Below are positions 36,914 through 45,352 of a stretch of DNA of 45,352 nucleotides, one piece after another. A program made the position numbers and the translations under genes. A model generated the notes under the pieces. The model saw nothing but the letters and a program-made list of their open reading frames with translations, did not search any database and was not told the origin of the DNA. Every line of letters starts with the position of its first letter. Position 1 is the stretch's first letter. Location: the NCBI GenBank assembly GCA_026991575.1, contig JALXBF010000139.1:1-45352 (forward strand), given 5' to 3'. Source of the DNA: Planctomycetota bacterium. Its GTDB lineage: Bacteria; Planctomycetota; Planctomycetia; JALXBF01.

Positions 36914-38335
36914 TCACACCTCCACAGGACTGTCTTCCTCACCCAGTGACGGTGCGTACCGCCGCCGCATCGGCTCGACGTACGCCTGCACAAATTCGTC
37001 GACCTGCTGCGGGGCTCGCCCCACATGCTGGCGCGGGTCTAGCAGCCGATCCCAGTCCAGGCCGGCAAAGAGCGGGTCCTGCTGCAGACGCTCGATGAGA
37101 TCGTTACCGTCTTGGCCGGCTCTCTGTGCCGCGGCGACCTCCATAGCCGCTCGGCGGAGCTTCTCGTGCACCTCCTGCCGGTCTGCCCCGGCTTTCACAG
37201 CAGCCATCATGATCGCCTCGGTGATGAGGAATGGTAACTCAGCAGCCAGGTTGGCACGCACCACGGCCTCGTTCACCTGCAGGCCAGCCACGATGGTGAG
37301 CAGCAGCCGCAGGATGGCATCGGCAGCAAGGAACGCTTCAGGTAGCACGATCCTGCGGACCGCCGAATCGTCCAACGACCGCTCCAGCCACTGGTTCGCC
37401 GCCGTGTGCCGCAGCGTGTCGGGCAGTTCGAACAAGTAGCGAGCGAGCGAGCAGATCCGCTCGGAACGCATTGGGTTCCGTTTGTAGGGCATGGCCGATG
37501 AGCCGATCTGACGCTCGCCCCACGGTTCCTCCAGCTCGCGACGACTGGCCAGCAGACGCAGATCCACTGCGAACTTGTGCGCCGACGTAGCGATGCTGGC
37601 CAACAGCTCCAGCAGTGCTAGATCTGTCTTGCGCGGGTAGGTCTGGCCGGTTACGGGGAAGGTCTGGCGAAAGCCGAGCTTCGCGGCAACCAATTCATCA
37701 AGTTGCCGGACCTTGTCGTGATCTCCCTCGAACAGTGTGAGGTAGCTAGCCTGGGTGCCCGTTGCCCCCTTTGCGCCACGGCACCGCATGCCATCCAGAA
37801 ACGTTTCCAACCGACGAAGGTCCTCCAGAAAGTCCCAGCACCACAGCGTTGCTCTCTTGCCCACGGTGGTGGGCTGGGCCGGTTGCAGGTGGGTCCAACC
37901 CAGGCAAGGTAAGTCACGATACTGCTGGGCGAACCGGGCCAGGCGGTCGATAGCGCGGACGAGGCGGTCTCGGAGAAGCCGCAGCGCGTCGCGCACGAGG
38001 ATCAGGTCGGCGTTGTCCGTGACGAATGCACTGGTGGCGCCCAGGTGGATGATCGGCTTTGCCCTGGGACACTGCTCACCGTAAGCGTGCACGTGTGCCA
38101 TGACGTCGTGGCGGAACTGCCGTTCCAGCTCCGCGGCGCGCTCTAGGTTCAGGTCGTCGACATGGGCACGGAGCTCTTGGAGCTGTTCCTCATCGATCGG
38201 GAGACCAAGTTCGTGTTCGGCCTCGGCCAGAGCTAGCCAAACGCGACGCCAGGTGCGGTAACGTCGTTCGTCGGACCAAAGCTCGATCATTTCCTTGCTG
38301 GCGTACCGCACAGCAAGGGGGTGTCGAAAGGCCAT
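36914..38335 (-). CDS. purB: Adenylosuccinate lyase
   Basis: PLAVRYAS, RHDVMAH, IHLGATS, THLQPAQ, GSSAMPYKRNP signature. Confidence 0.97.
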   Translation of the reverse strand: MAFRHPLAVRYASKEMIELWSDERRYRTWRRVWLALAEAEHELGLPIDEEQLQELRAHVDDLNLERAAELERQFRHDVMAHVHAYGEQCPRAKPIIHLGATSAFVTDNADLILVRDALRLLRDRLVRAIDRLARFAQQYRDLPCLGWTHLQPAQPTTVGKRATLWCWDFLEDLRRLETFLDGMRCRGAKGATGTQASYLTLFEGDHDKVRQLDELVAAKLGFRQTFPVTGQTYPRKTDLALLELLASIATSAHKFAVDLRLLASRRELEEPWGERQIGSSAMPYKRNPMRSERICSLARYLFELPDTLRHTAANQWLERSLDDSAVRRIVLPEAFLAADAILRLLLTIVAGLQVNEAVVRANLAAELPFLITEAIMMAAVKAGADRQEVHEKLRRAAMEVAAAQRAGQDGNDLIERLQQDPLFAGLDWDRLLDPRQHVGRAPQQVDEFVQAYVEPMRRRYAPSLGEEDSPVEV

Positions 38336-38424
38336 GGCCGGCGATTCCCACCGTGAGTAAGCCGTTGCGATGCGGCGACCGCGCGCGGGCAAGCCAACCG
38401 ACGAAGACCGTCGTCCGGAAAGGG

Positions 38425-38949
38425 TTAACGCTTGGAGAACTGGAAGCTCCGGCGAGCCTTGCGCTTGCCATACTTCTTCCGTTCTACCATGCGCGGATCA
38501 CGCGTCAGGAAGCCGTGTTCGCGGAGTTCGGGTTCCAGCTCCGGCCGCATGTTGCGGATAGCCCGGGCTAACCCCATTAGCACCGCACCGGCCTGGCCCG
38601 TCAGGCCACCGCCCCGGACGTTGACAAAGACATCGACTTTGCCTTCAAGATTCGTGACCTTCAACGGCAGGTAACACTGCAACTGCCAACGAAGGTCAGG
38701 AAAGTAGTCCGGTACTTCACGACCGTTGACCAGGAATACGCCGGTGCCCTCGCGGATGCGCACGCGCGCGGTGGACGTCTTCCGGCGACCGGTACCCCAG
38801 AAGTAACCGTTGACTGGACCGACCGGCTCCAGGCGCCGCTGTTGCTCAGGTGCCGTCGCGACACCAGTCGCACTACGGTCCGTTGCGTCAGCCTGCTCGC
38901 CGCCGCCTTCGGTTGCAGCTGCTTGCTTCAGTTCCTCTGCGTCGCTCAT
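38425..38949 (-). CDS. rpsI: 30S ribosomal protein S9 (with N-terminal extension)
   Basis: GTGRRKTSTARV, GGGLTGQAGA, LTRDPRMVERKKYG..ARRSFQFSKR. Confidence 0.98.
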   Translation of the reverse strand: MSDAEELKQAAATEGGGEQADATDRSATGVATAPEQQRRLEPVGPVNGYFWGTGRRKTSTARVRIREGTGVFLVNGREVPDYFPDLRWQLQCYLPLKVTNLEGKVDVFVNVRGGGLTGQAGAVLMGLARAIRNMRPELEPELREHGFLTRDPRMVERKKYGKRKARRSFQFSKR

Positions 38950-39010
38950 GGTCTTGTCTGCTTCCGCACAAGCCTCACGCTCGACCGTGCCACCGCACCG
39001 TCAGCACTGC

Positions 39011-39472
39011 CTATTGCCGTCGGGCGTCGATTTCCAGCGGTTCTGGCTGCTGCGCTGCGTGCGGGTGATTCGGGCCAGCATAGACCTTCAACCGCTGGAA
39101 CATCCGCCGGGCAAGACGGTTCTTGGGCAGCATCCGCTTAACGGCCAGGCGAAGAATCTCTTCCGGCTTCCTCTCCAGCATCCGCTTGGCCGGCGTCTCG
39201 ATCAATCCGCCCGGGTAACCGGTGTACCTCTTATACACCTTTTGCTCCCACTTCCGGCCCGTAAACACCACCTTCTCGGCGTTGACCACGATGACATAGT
39301 CGCCGCTGTCGGCATGGGGCGTGTAGTCCGGCTTGTGCTTGCCCATCAAGATGCGGGCAATCTGAGCGGCCAGACGACCAACGACCTGGCCGGTGCCGTC
39401 CACGACGTACCAACGGCGCCGGACCTCGCCCGGCTTGGCCATCGTTGTCTTCGGGATCAGAAGGGGTTGCAT
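39011..39472 (-). CDS. rplM: 50S ribosomal protein L13
   Basis: [40 protein letters not shown]; start ATG 39472. Confidence 0.98.
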   Translation of the reverse strand: MQPLLIPKTTMAKPGEVRRRWYVVDGTGQVVGRLAAQIARILMGKHKPDYTPHADSGDYVIVVNAEKVVFTGRKWEQKVYKRYTGYPGGLIETPAKRMLERKPEEILRLAVKRMLPKNRLARRMFQRLKVYAGPNHPHAAQQPEPLEIDARRQ

Positions 39473-39519
39473 GCCAGAGTGACTCCACCGGGAGGTTCGC
39501 AGCTCCTGCAGGTCATAGG

Positions 39520-39547
39520 ATTCTAGGTATGCCTTCCGCGCCGTCAA
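39520..39547 (-). promoter_or_regulatory. sigma70 promoter of rplM-rpsI
   Basis: TTGACG-16 nt-TAGAAT on the - strand, ending 48 nt before ATG 39472. Confidence 0.65.
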
Positions 39548-40065
39548 GGCCGCTGCCCTGCTGGTCCGCTGACGGCGGACTCGGCTTGCCTGCGCCGGCT
39601 TACGGAGCAGGGCACTGCGAGGTGCGGTGCGGCGTCGGGGCAAGGGCTCCCGCCGCGGGCACGTGCATGGGCTAGGCCGGACCGCGCTTACGGACGACGA
39701 TGGCCACGGCGGTCCCGACCGTTGTGACAGGTTGCGTTCTTCTGGGGCGTCGCGCCGTTTGCCCAACGACGTTGCCTAAGCTCGCTGCTCCAGCCAGCGG
39801 CACAACTCGGGCGCGTCGGCTTGCTGGAACCGTTCCAGCACCTCTCCGGGAAGTTACCGAGAGCCCGTCGCCAGAATGGTTTGATCGCGGCGATTTCGCC
39901 TGCTCGAAACGGTCATGCGTGCGGTAAGTGGCGGCGTCAGGCGGCTGTTACAACGCAGGCGGGCGAACCGCCTATCATGAGCCCCATGGGCGTTGGCCTA
40001 CTGGCTGACGGCGTACCACCAGGACCCATTGGCGATAAGCCGGTGGCCACGGTGAGCTGACAACC

Positions 40066-42021
40066 ATGCGCCTCGTTGTTCTCGGGACCGATACAGAAGC
40101 CGGAAAAACGACGCTGTGCGCCCTGCTGCTGGCAGCGTTCCCCGAGCGGCTCGTTTACTGGAAGCCGTTGCAGACGGGTCTGCCCGATAGCGATACGGTA
40201 GTCCGTCTGGTGCCGTCAGCTGTGTGCTACCCTGCGCTTGCTGCGTTCAACGATCCAGTTGCCCCGGTGCTGGCTGCCAGGCGGGAAGGGAAGGAATTGC
40301 CTGGTCCTGAGGAGATCGCCCGGGCGGTGCCGCAGCCCCCCCCGGGGCGCATCCTGCTGATCGAAACCTTCGGCGGCCCGCTCAGCCCATTGACAGACTC
40401 TACCCTCCAGATCGACTTCCTGCGTCTGCTGGCCGACGCGGCATTTGTTGTGGTCACGCCCAGTCGTGTCGGGGCTGTGGGGCGGGTGCTTCAGACGGTT
40501 CGGGCCGTGGAGAGTCACGGGCCATTGGTGCGAGCCGTTGTGCTACTGGGGCCCCGGGACGACTTTGCGCACAGCACACTGGTCCGCCATCTGCCGGGCC
40601 GGGCGGTGCTGTCGGTGCTGACGCCCGAGGAGTGGACGCCTGCTGCCTTTGAGCACGCTGCGGGGCGGCAGCGTGCGACACTGGCAACCCTGCTGGAGCT
40701 GTTTCAGCCGGGGCAGCGGCTGTCTGCTACGCCAGCGCGGGTCCTGTTGCCGGGGCCTGCCGAGCGGGCGCGACGGGTGAGCCGTGACCGGGCAGTCGTC
40801 TGGCACCCGTTCACGATGCTGACTGGGCCTGAGCCGCTGGAGGTTGTTGCCGGGGAGGACGAGTTCCTCGTGCTGGCGGATGGTCGCCGTGTCGTTGATG
40901 CGATCGGTTCCTGGTGGACCATCTTGCACGGACATCGTGACCCGCAGTTGGTTGCTGCTGCGGAGGCCACGTTGCAGGAACTGGATCATGTTCATTTTGC
41001 TGGGCTGACCCATCGCTGGGCAATTCGGCTTGCCGAGCTGTTGCTGGGGACGATGGCGTGGCCTGAAGGGGGGCGTGTCTTTTTCAGTGATGATGGCAGC
41101 ACGGCGGTCGAGGTAGCGGTGAAGCTGGCCTACCAGTACTGGTGCATCAAAGGGAAGCCGGAACGTAGCGAGTTTGTCGGTTTTGAGGGTGGCTATCATG
41201 GCGATACGTGCGGTGCGATGTCGGTCAGTCGCGACCGCGTGTTCTTCGGGCATTTCGAGCCACTGTTGTTCCCGGCACACATCACCCCGCTCTGCCCCGA
41301 TCGTCTGGGTGAACTGCTGCGCCGCAACGCCAACCGGATCGCGGCGATCGTGCTGGAGCCGCTGGTGCAAGGAGCCGGTGGGATGCGCATCTACACGGCG
41401 GAGCTCTTGCAGCGGCTGGTGGCGGTGGCCCGGCGTTACGATGTGCTGGTGATCTTCGACGAGGTGCTGACGGGCCTGTATCGCACCGGTCGGTTCTGGG
41501 CTCACGAGCACGCTGCCGTGGTACCTGATCTCCTCTGTACCGCCAAGGCGCTGGCGGGTGGGCTCTGCCCGGTGGCGGCCACGCTGGTGGCGCCGTGGGT
41601 GGTTGAGACGTTTCGCCAGGCAGAGCCCGAGCACGTCTTCTACCATGGCCACACGTTCACGGCGCACCCGGTTGCCTGCTCGGTGGCCGAGGCGAACGTG
41701 CGCAGGGTGCTGAGCGAGGGGGAGAGCCGGGTCGGACGGATCGAGCGGTTCTTCCGGCAGCGGCTGGCACCGCTTCGTGGCCGCCGCGGTGTGCGCGACG
41801 TGCGCATTTTGGGTAACATTGCGGCAGTGGAACTGGACCTGCCTGGGGGCTACCGGGCCGGAGTGCGCCAGACGGCTATTGCTGTTGGGCTGCACCACGG
41901 CGTCTTGCTCCGCCCCCTGGGACCCGTCCTCTACGCCATACCACCCTGGTGCATAAGCGACCGGTCACTCGAAGCAATAGCCGCGAGCTTCGAGGCGTGT
42001 GTCGCGGAACTGTTTGACTGA
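40066..42021 (+). CDS. bioA: Fused dethiobiotin synthase + adenosylmethionine-8-amino-7-oxononanoate aminotransferase (BioD-BioA)
   Basis: N-terminal GTDTEAGKT and WKPLQTG (BioD); from ~aa 240 VWHPFT, DAIGSWW, DDGSTAVEVAVK, YHGDT, EPLVQGAGGM, FDEV, AKAL, HGHTF (BioA); one uninterrupted 651-aa ORF. Confidence 0.92.
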   Translation: MRLVVLGTDTEAGKTTLCALLLAAFPERLVYWKPLQTGLPDSDTVVRLVPSAVCYPALAAFNDPVAPVLAARREGKELPGPEEIARAVPQPPPGRILLIETFGGPLSPLTDSTLQIDFLRLLADAAFVVVTPSRVGAVGRVLQTVRAVESHGPLVRAVVLLGPRDDFAHSTLVRHLPGRAVLSVLTPEEWTPAAFEHAAGRQRATLATLLELFQPGQRLSATPARVLLPGPAERARRVSRDRAVVWHPFTMLTGPEPLEVVAGEDEFLVLADGRRVVDAIGSWWTILHGHRDPQLVAAAEATLQELDHVHFAGLTHRWAIRLAELLLGTMAWPEGGRVFFSDDGSTAVEVAVKLAYQYWCIKGKPERSEFVGFEGGYHGDTCGAMSVSRDRVFFGHFEPLLFPAHITPLCPDRLGELLRRNANRIAAIVLEPLVQGAGGMRIYTAELLQRLVAVARRYDVLVIFDEVLTGLYRTGRFWAHEHAAVVPDLLCTAKALAGGLCPVAATLVAPWVVETFRQAEPEHVFYHGHTFTAHPVACSVAEANVRRVLSEGESRVGRIERFFRQRLAPLRGRRGVRDVRILGNIAAVELDLPGGYRAGVRQTAIAVGLHHGVLLRPLGPVLYAIPPWCISDRSLEAIAASFEACVAELFD

Positions 42022-42045
42022 CCTCTGGCTCTGGAGGAACACGGA

Positions 42046-44697
42046 ATGAGCGTACGCCTGCGCTGGCTGCTGCCCCTGCTGGCCACCTGGCTTGCTCTCC
42101 CCGCTCGTGCGGCCGACTTCGTTGTGCTTACCGAGAAGACCTGGGACGCGTACGTGCCGAAAGGCAAGGAGGTCGATGCCATCTATGGTGACTATGTCGT
42201 GCGCACCGACCGGTGGACTGCCACCATCGCCCAGGGGCAACCGTGGCGTAATGCGAACATGACCGTTCGCCAGGTGGGAGGGTGTGTGATCGATCTCACC
42301 GTGCTGGACCCACAGAGTGACCAGCTCAGCGCGTACTATCCTGGCGTTCGTCGTTACGACTACCGCCTGCTGCGGGTCGTGCTACCCAGGGGGGGCACGG
42401 TGCGCGATCAGGATGGCCAGCAGATCCGCCGGTCCGACGGTGAACTGGCGATCACGGCCGAGCAGCTTGCAGAACGGCCGGTGACGCTGAGTGGGCCCGA
42501 GATTCTGATCGTCTTCGAAGGGCTACCGCGCAACCGCCAGTGGGCACCGGCCGTGCTCACGTACGTTGTGCGTGACGGTGCCGACGGGCTGGTGATCCGT
42601 ACTGTGGCACGCAATGGCGGTAACCAGACGAAGGTTTTCTTTGCCATCGACGACTTCCGCGCTGACCGCACCTTCAGCAGTCCTCGCCCCGGGCTGACGC
42701 GGCTGGTATGGGTGTACGACAAGTGGTGGGGCCAAGCGTACGGCGTTGTTTCCAAGCACCGCATGCGGCTGTCGGGCAATCCGGCCGCCCCGCGGGTGAT
42801 TGAGTACCTTCTGAACGGTGGCCGCAGTGCGCGGTTGAACCTGAAGCCCGGTGAGCAGGTGGAGGTTGTCCGTGAGCTGATTCCGGCTGGCACGTTGCTG
42901 GCGCTGCGTGGTGTTGCGTTGGCGAAGCGGAGCGTGTCGGTCGTGCCGCACCGACTGGTTGTCGTGGATGGCCGTCAGCAGCCGGTCGCTGCCGCAGACG
43001 TGACTGTCGAGCTGCTGCGCGGCGAGGCCCGCAAAGAGCGCACCTTCTACGCAAACGGGCGCACCAACCGGAACGGAATCCTCGAATTCGCCTTGCCACC
43101 GGGCACGTACCAGCTCACGGTGACGGCCGTAGGCTTTGGCCGGCGTGAGCTGACGCTGACCGTGCCTGCGGAGGCTGCCCGGCGTCGAGAGATTCCCGTG
43201 GGGCTGGACACGCCCGCGTTCGTCGTGGCGGATATCCGTTCGGAGGACGGCGGCCCGATTCCGTGCAAAGTACAGTTCATCGGGATCAACGGCACGGCAT
43301 CGCCGTTCTGGTTCAACGACACGGGCGAACATCTGGTCCACAACCTGTATTACTCACACAACGGCCGCTTCCGCGTGCCGATTCCGCCAGGGCAGTATCG
43401 CGTGATTATCAGCCGCGGGCCCGAGTACGACGCCGTGGAGAAGACGATCCAGGTTCGCCCCGGGGCGGAAGTCCCCCTGCGTGCCACGTTGAAGCGGGTC
43501 GTCCAGACTCCCGGCTGGGTGTCGGCCGATTTCCATAGCCACTCGACCCCGTCCGGTGACAACGTCTCCAGTCAGCTCGGTCGCGTACTGAACTTGCTGT
43601 GCGAACACATTGAGTTCGCACCGTGTACCGAGCACAATCGCCTGAGCACGTATGTGCCTCATCTGAAGCGGCTCGGCGTGGAGCACCTGATGGCCACCTG
43701 CGTGGGCATTGAGCTGACGAATCGCCCCGGTTCGATTAACCACCAGAACGCATTCCCGCTCATTCGTAAGCCGCGCACGCAGGACAACGGCGCGCCCCAG
43801 CCAGACGACGACCCGGAGGTGCAGATCCGTCGGCTCGCGCTCTGGGACAACGGGTCCGAGAAGCTGGTTCAGACGAATCATCCGGACATCGGAGAGATGT
43901 TCTTCGATCGCGATGGCGATGGCCGCTACGACGGCGGCTACAAGGGAATGTTCGCGTATCAGGATGTCATCGAGGTGCATCCGCCCGAGACGCTGCTCAG
44001 CTTTAAGGCTTACTTCGTTCGCGACAACCGCAAGCAGAACAATCGCATCTTCAACTGGCTTCAGATGATCAACCTCGGACACTACATCCCGGGCGTGGTG
44101 AACACGGACGCTCACTACAACTACCACGGTTCCGGCTGGTTGCGCAACTACATCAAGTCTTCCACGGATGACCCAGCCAAGATCAACGTCATGGAAATGG
44201 TGCGTAACGCTGAGCGGGGGCACATCATCATGACCAATGGTCCGTATCTGGAGGTGACCGTCAAGGCGAAGGGGAGTGAGAAGGTCGCGATTGCCGGCGA
44301 CACGGTCGTTGCACCTGATGGCAAGATTCAGCTCTGGATCCGCGTGCAGTGCCCGAACTGGTTCGACATCGATCGTGTCCAGGTGCTCCGCAACGGTCGG
44401 CCCGACCCGGACCTGAACTGGACACGCCAGGCTAATCCCGATGCGTTCGGCAACGGAGTGGTGAAGTTCGAGCGCACGGTCAATCTGGAGCTGAAGCGGG
44501 ACGAGCATCTGATTGTCGTCGCCGCTGGCGAACGCTCCGGCTTCGGCGATGTCATGGGCCCCGCCCACCGGCAGCGTCGTCCTACCGCTCTGAACAATCC
44601 CATCTTCATCGATGTTGACGGAGATGGCTTCGAACCGAACGGGGATCCGCTTGGGTTCCCGTATCCGGTGAAGAGTGGACGGCCAGTGGCGCGTTAG
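42046..44697 (+). CDS. Secreted CehA/McbA-family (PHP-fold) metallohydrolase with beta-sandwich domains
   Basis: Signal peptide (..LPARA-A); ADFHSHS..SGD, TEHN, GIE, H.NAFP, NHP, NTDAH, TNGP metal-binding motifs. Confidence 0.85.
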   Translation: MSVRLRWLLPLLATWLALPARAADFVVLTEKTWDAYVPKGKEVDAIYGDYVVRTDRWTATIAQGQPWRNANMTVRQVGGCVIDLTVLDPQSDQLSAYYPGVRRYDYRLLRVVLPRGGTVRDQDGQQIRRSDGELAITAEQLAERPVTLSGPEILIVFEGLPRNRQWAPAVLTYVVRDGADGLVIRTVARNGGNQTKVFFAIDDFRADRTFSSPRPGLTRLVWVYDKWWGQAYGVVSKHRMRLSGNPAAPRVIEYLLNGGRSARLNLKPGEQVEVVRELIPAGTLLALRGVALAKRSVSVVPHRLVVVDGRQQPVAAADVTVELLRGEARKERTFYANGRTNRNGILEFALPPGTYQLTVTAVGFGRRELTLTVPAEAARRREIPVGLDTPAFVVADIRSEDGGPIPCKVQFIGINGTASPFWFNDTGEHLVHNLYYSHNGRFRVPIPPGQYRVIISRGPEYDAVEKTIQVRPGAEVPLRATLKRVVQTPGWVSADFHSHSTPSGDNVSSQLGRVLNLLCEHIEFAPCTEHNRLSTYVPHLKRLGVEHLMATCVGIELTNRPGSINHQNAFPLIRKPRTQDNGAPQPDDDPEVQIRRLALWDNGSEKLVQTNHPDIGEMFFDRDGDGRYDGGYKGMFAYQDVIEVHPPETLLSFKAYFVRDNRKQNNRIFNWLQMINLGHYIPGVVNTDAHYNYHGSGWLRNYIKSSTDDPAKINVMEMVRNAERGHIIMTNGPYLEVTVKAKGSEKVAIAGDTVVAPDGKIQLWIRVQCPNWFDIDRVQVLRNGRPDPDLNWTRQANPDAFGNGVVKFERTVNLELKRDEHLIVVAAGERSGFGDVMGPAHRQRRPTALNNPIFIDVDGDGFEPNGDPLGFPYPVKSGRPVAR

Positions 44698-44876
44698 CCG
44701 CGTGCCCGAGTCCGACCACCGTTCCTGCCAACCGGCAGCGGAGAGGCATGTGACTGGCACGCTTCGACGACGACCGGTGCCCGTCCGTTGCCAGGAACCT
44801 GCACTACGCGCTTGCGCCAGGTGCTGTGCCCTCGGTGCACCGTGCCGAACCAGCTTGCGAACACCCGGAGCCGATC

Positions 44877-45352
44877 ATGCGTCGAGCAACGATCCGGTTT
44901 CTGTTGCTGGCTGCGTGGCTTGCCAGGCCGACTAGTGGTGCCGAGCGGATTGCCCTCGACTTCGCCGCCCTCCAGGAGCGAGAGGAAATCTCCTTTAGTG
45001 AAGGGGGCGAGTACAAGGTCTGGATCTGGGGTAAGGGCAAGGAGCTGGCCATAGAGCTGGCAGGCAAGAAGTTTCAGGTTAACGCACGTCGTTTGGGGTG
45101 GCATGCGGCCGGGACGTACCATGCGGAGAAGGGAGCGTCCGTAACGCTGAAGGCGCCGGCGCTACCGGAGGACGGCGCCATTGAGAACGTGCCCGGATTC
45201 GTGGTGCTGACCAACGAGCCGGACTTTGAACCTCAGCGGTCCCGGTTACCTTACTTGCGCAGCCTTAACGACGGCGGCAGGTTCCTGACGCCACCTACGG
45301 AGCTCAGTACCTGGCAGCGGCGGCGTGAGTATCTGAAGGCGCAGATCCTGGT
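44877..45352 (+). CDS. Secreted protein, 5' part; possibly an acetylxylan-esterase-like alpha/beta hydrolase
   Basis: Not in the ORF track (no stop in window). ATG 44877 after GGAG; MRRATIRFLLLAAWLA...FLTPPTELSTWQRRREYLKAQIL, open to the window end. The last motif resembles the helix that precedes planctomycete esterase domains (inference). Confidence 0.6.
   Translation, partial: MRRATIRFLLLAAWLARPTSGAERIALDFAALQEREEISFSEGGEYKVWIWGKGKELAIELAGKKFQVNARRLGWHAAGTYHAEKGASVTLKAPALPEDGAIENVPGFVVLTNEPDFEPQRSRLPYLRSLNDGGRFLTPPTELSTWQRRREYLKAQIL

Noticed and set aside
1..45352. tRNA, rRNA, integrase, IS transposase or prophage genes
   Set aside because: None recognised by eye; a tRNAscan-SE/Infernal run would be needed to exclude atypical RNA genes.

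Overview
GC-rich bacterial chromosomal window, most consistent with a Planctomycetota genome (DUF1559 prepilin-like protein, DUF1573-like protein, arylsulfatase, CehA/McbA-type hydrolase). The left ~9.5 kb is an accessory region: the 5' part of an Rpn/YhgA-like nuclease gene, a four-gene exported-protein operon (DUF1573-like, DUF1559, Cys-rich small protein, C-terminally anchored protein), an ABC/AAA ATPase + PIN nuclease pair, and long non-coding gaps holding a family of diverged hairpin repeats. The strongest unexplained signal is at 9521-9805 (- strand): a ~285-nt non-coding segment that folds into a long irregular rod with a branched tip and ends in a U6 tract. It is preceded by a near-consensus sigma54 promoter and candidate enhancer dyads, and is divergent from a sensor kinase / REC-kinase / sigma54-activator operon, so it is a candidate new two-component-controlled structured RNA. 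The rest is mostly core or metabolic: aminotransferase III, Gfo/Idh/MocA oxidoreductase, TIM-barrel isomerase, mtaB, ilvN, a membrane protein, rnc, an RpoD-family sigma factor with a long leader and CIRCE-like operator, recJ, aroA, a sulfatase, a hybrid kinase + solute-binding protein, bioF, bioB, purB, rpsI, rplM, a bioD-bioA fusion, and two secreted hydrolases. All calls are by eye from sequence and motifs; no database searches or folding programs were run.
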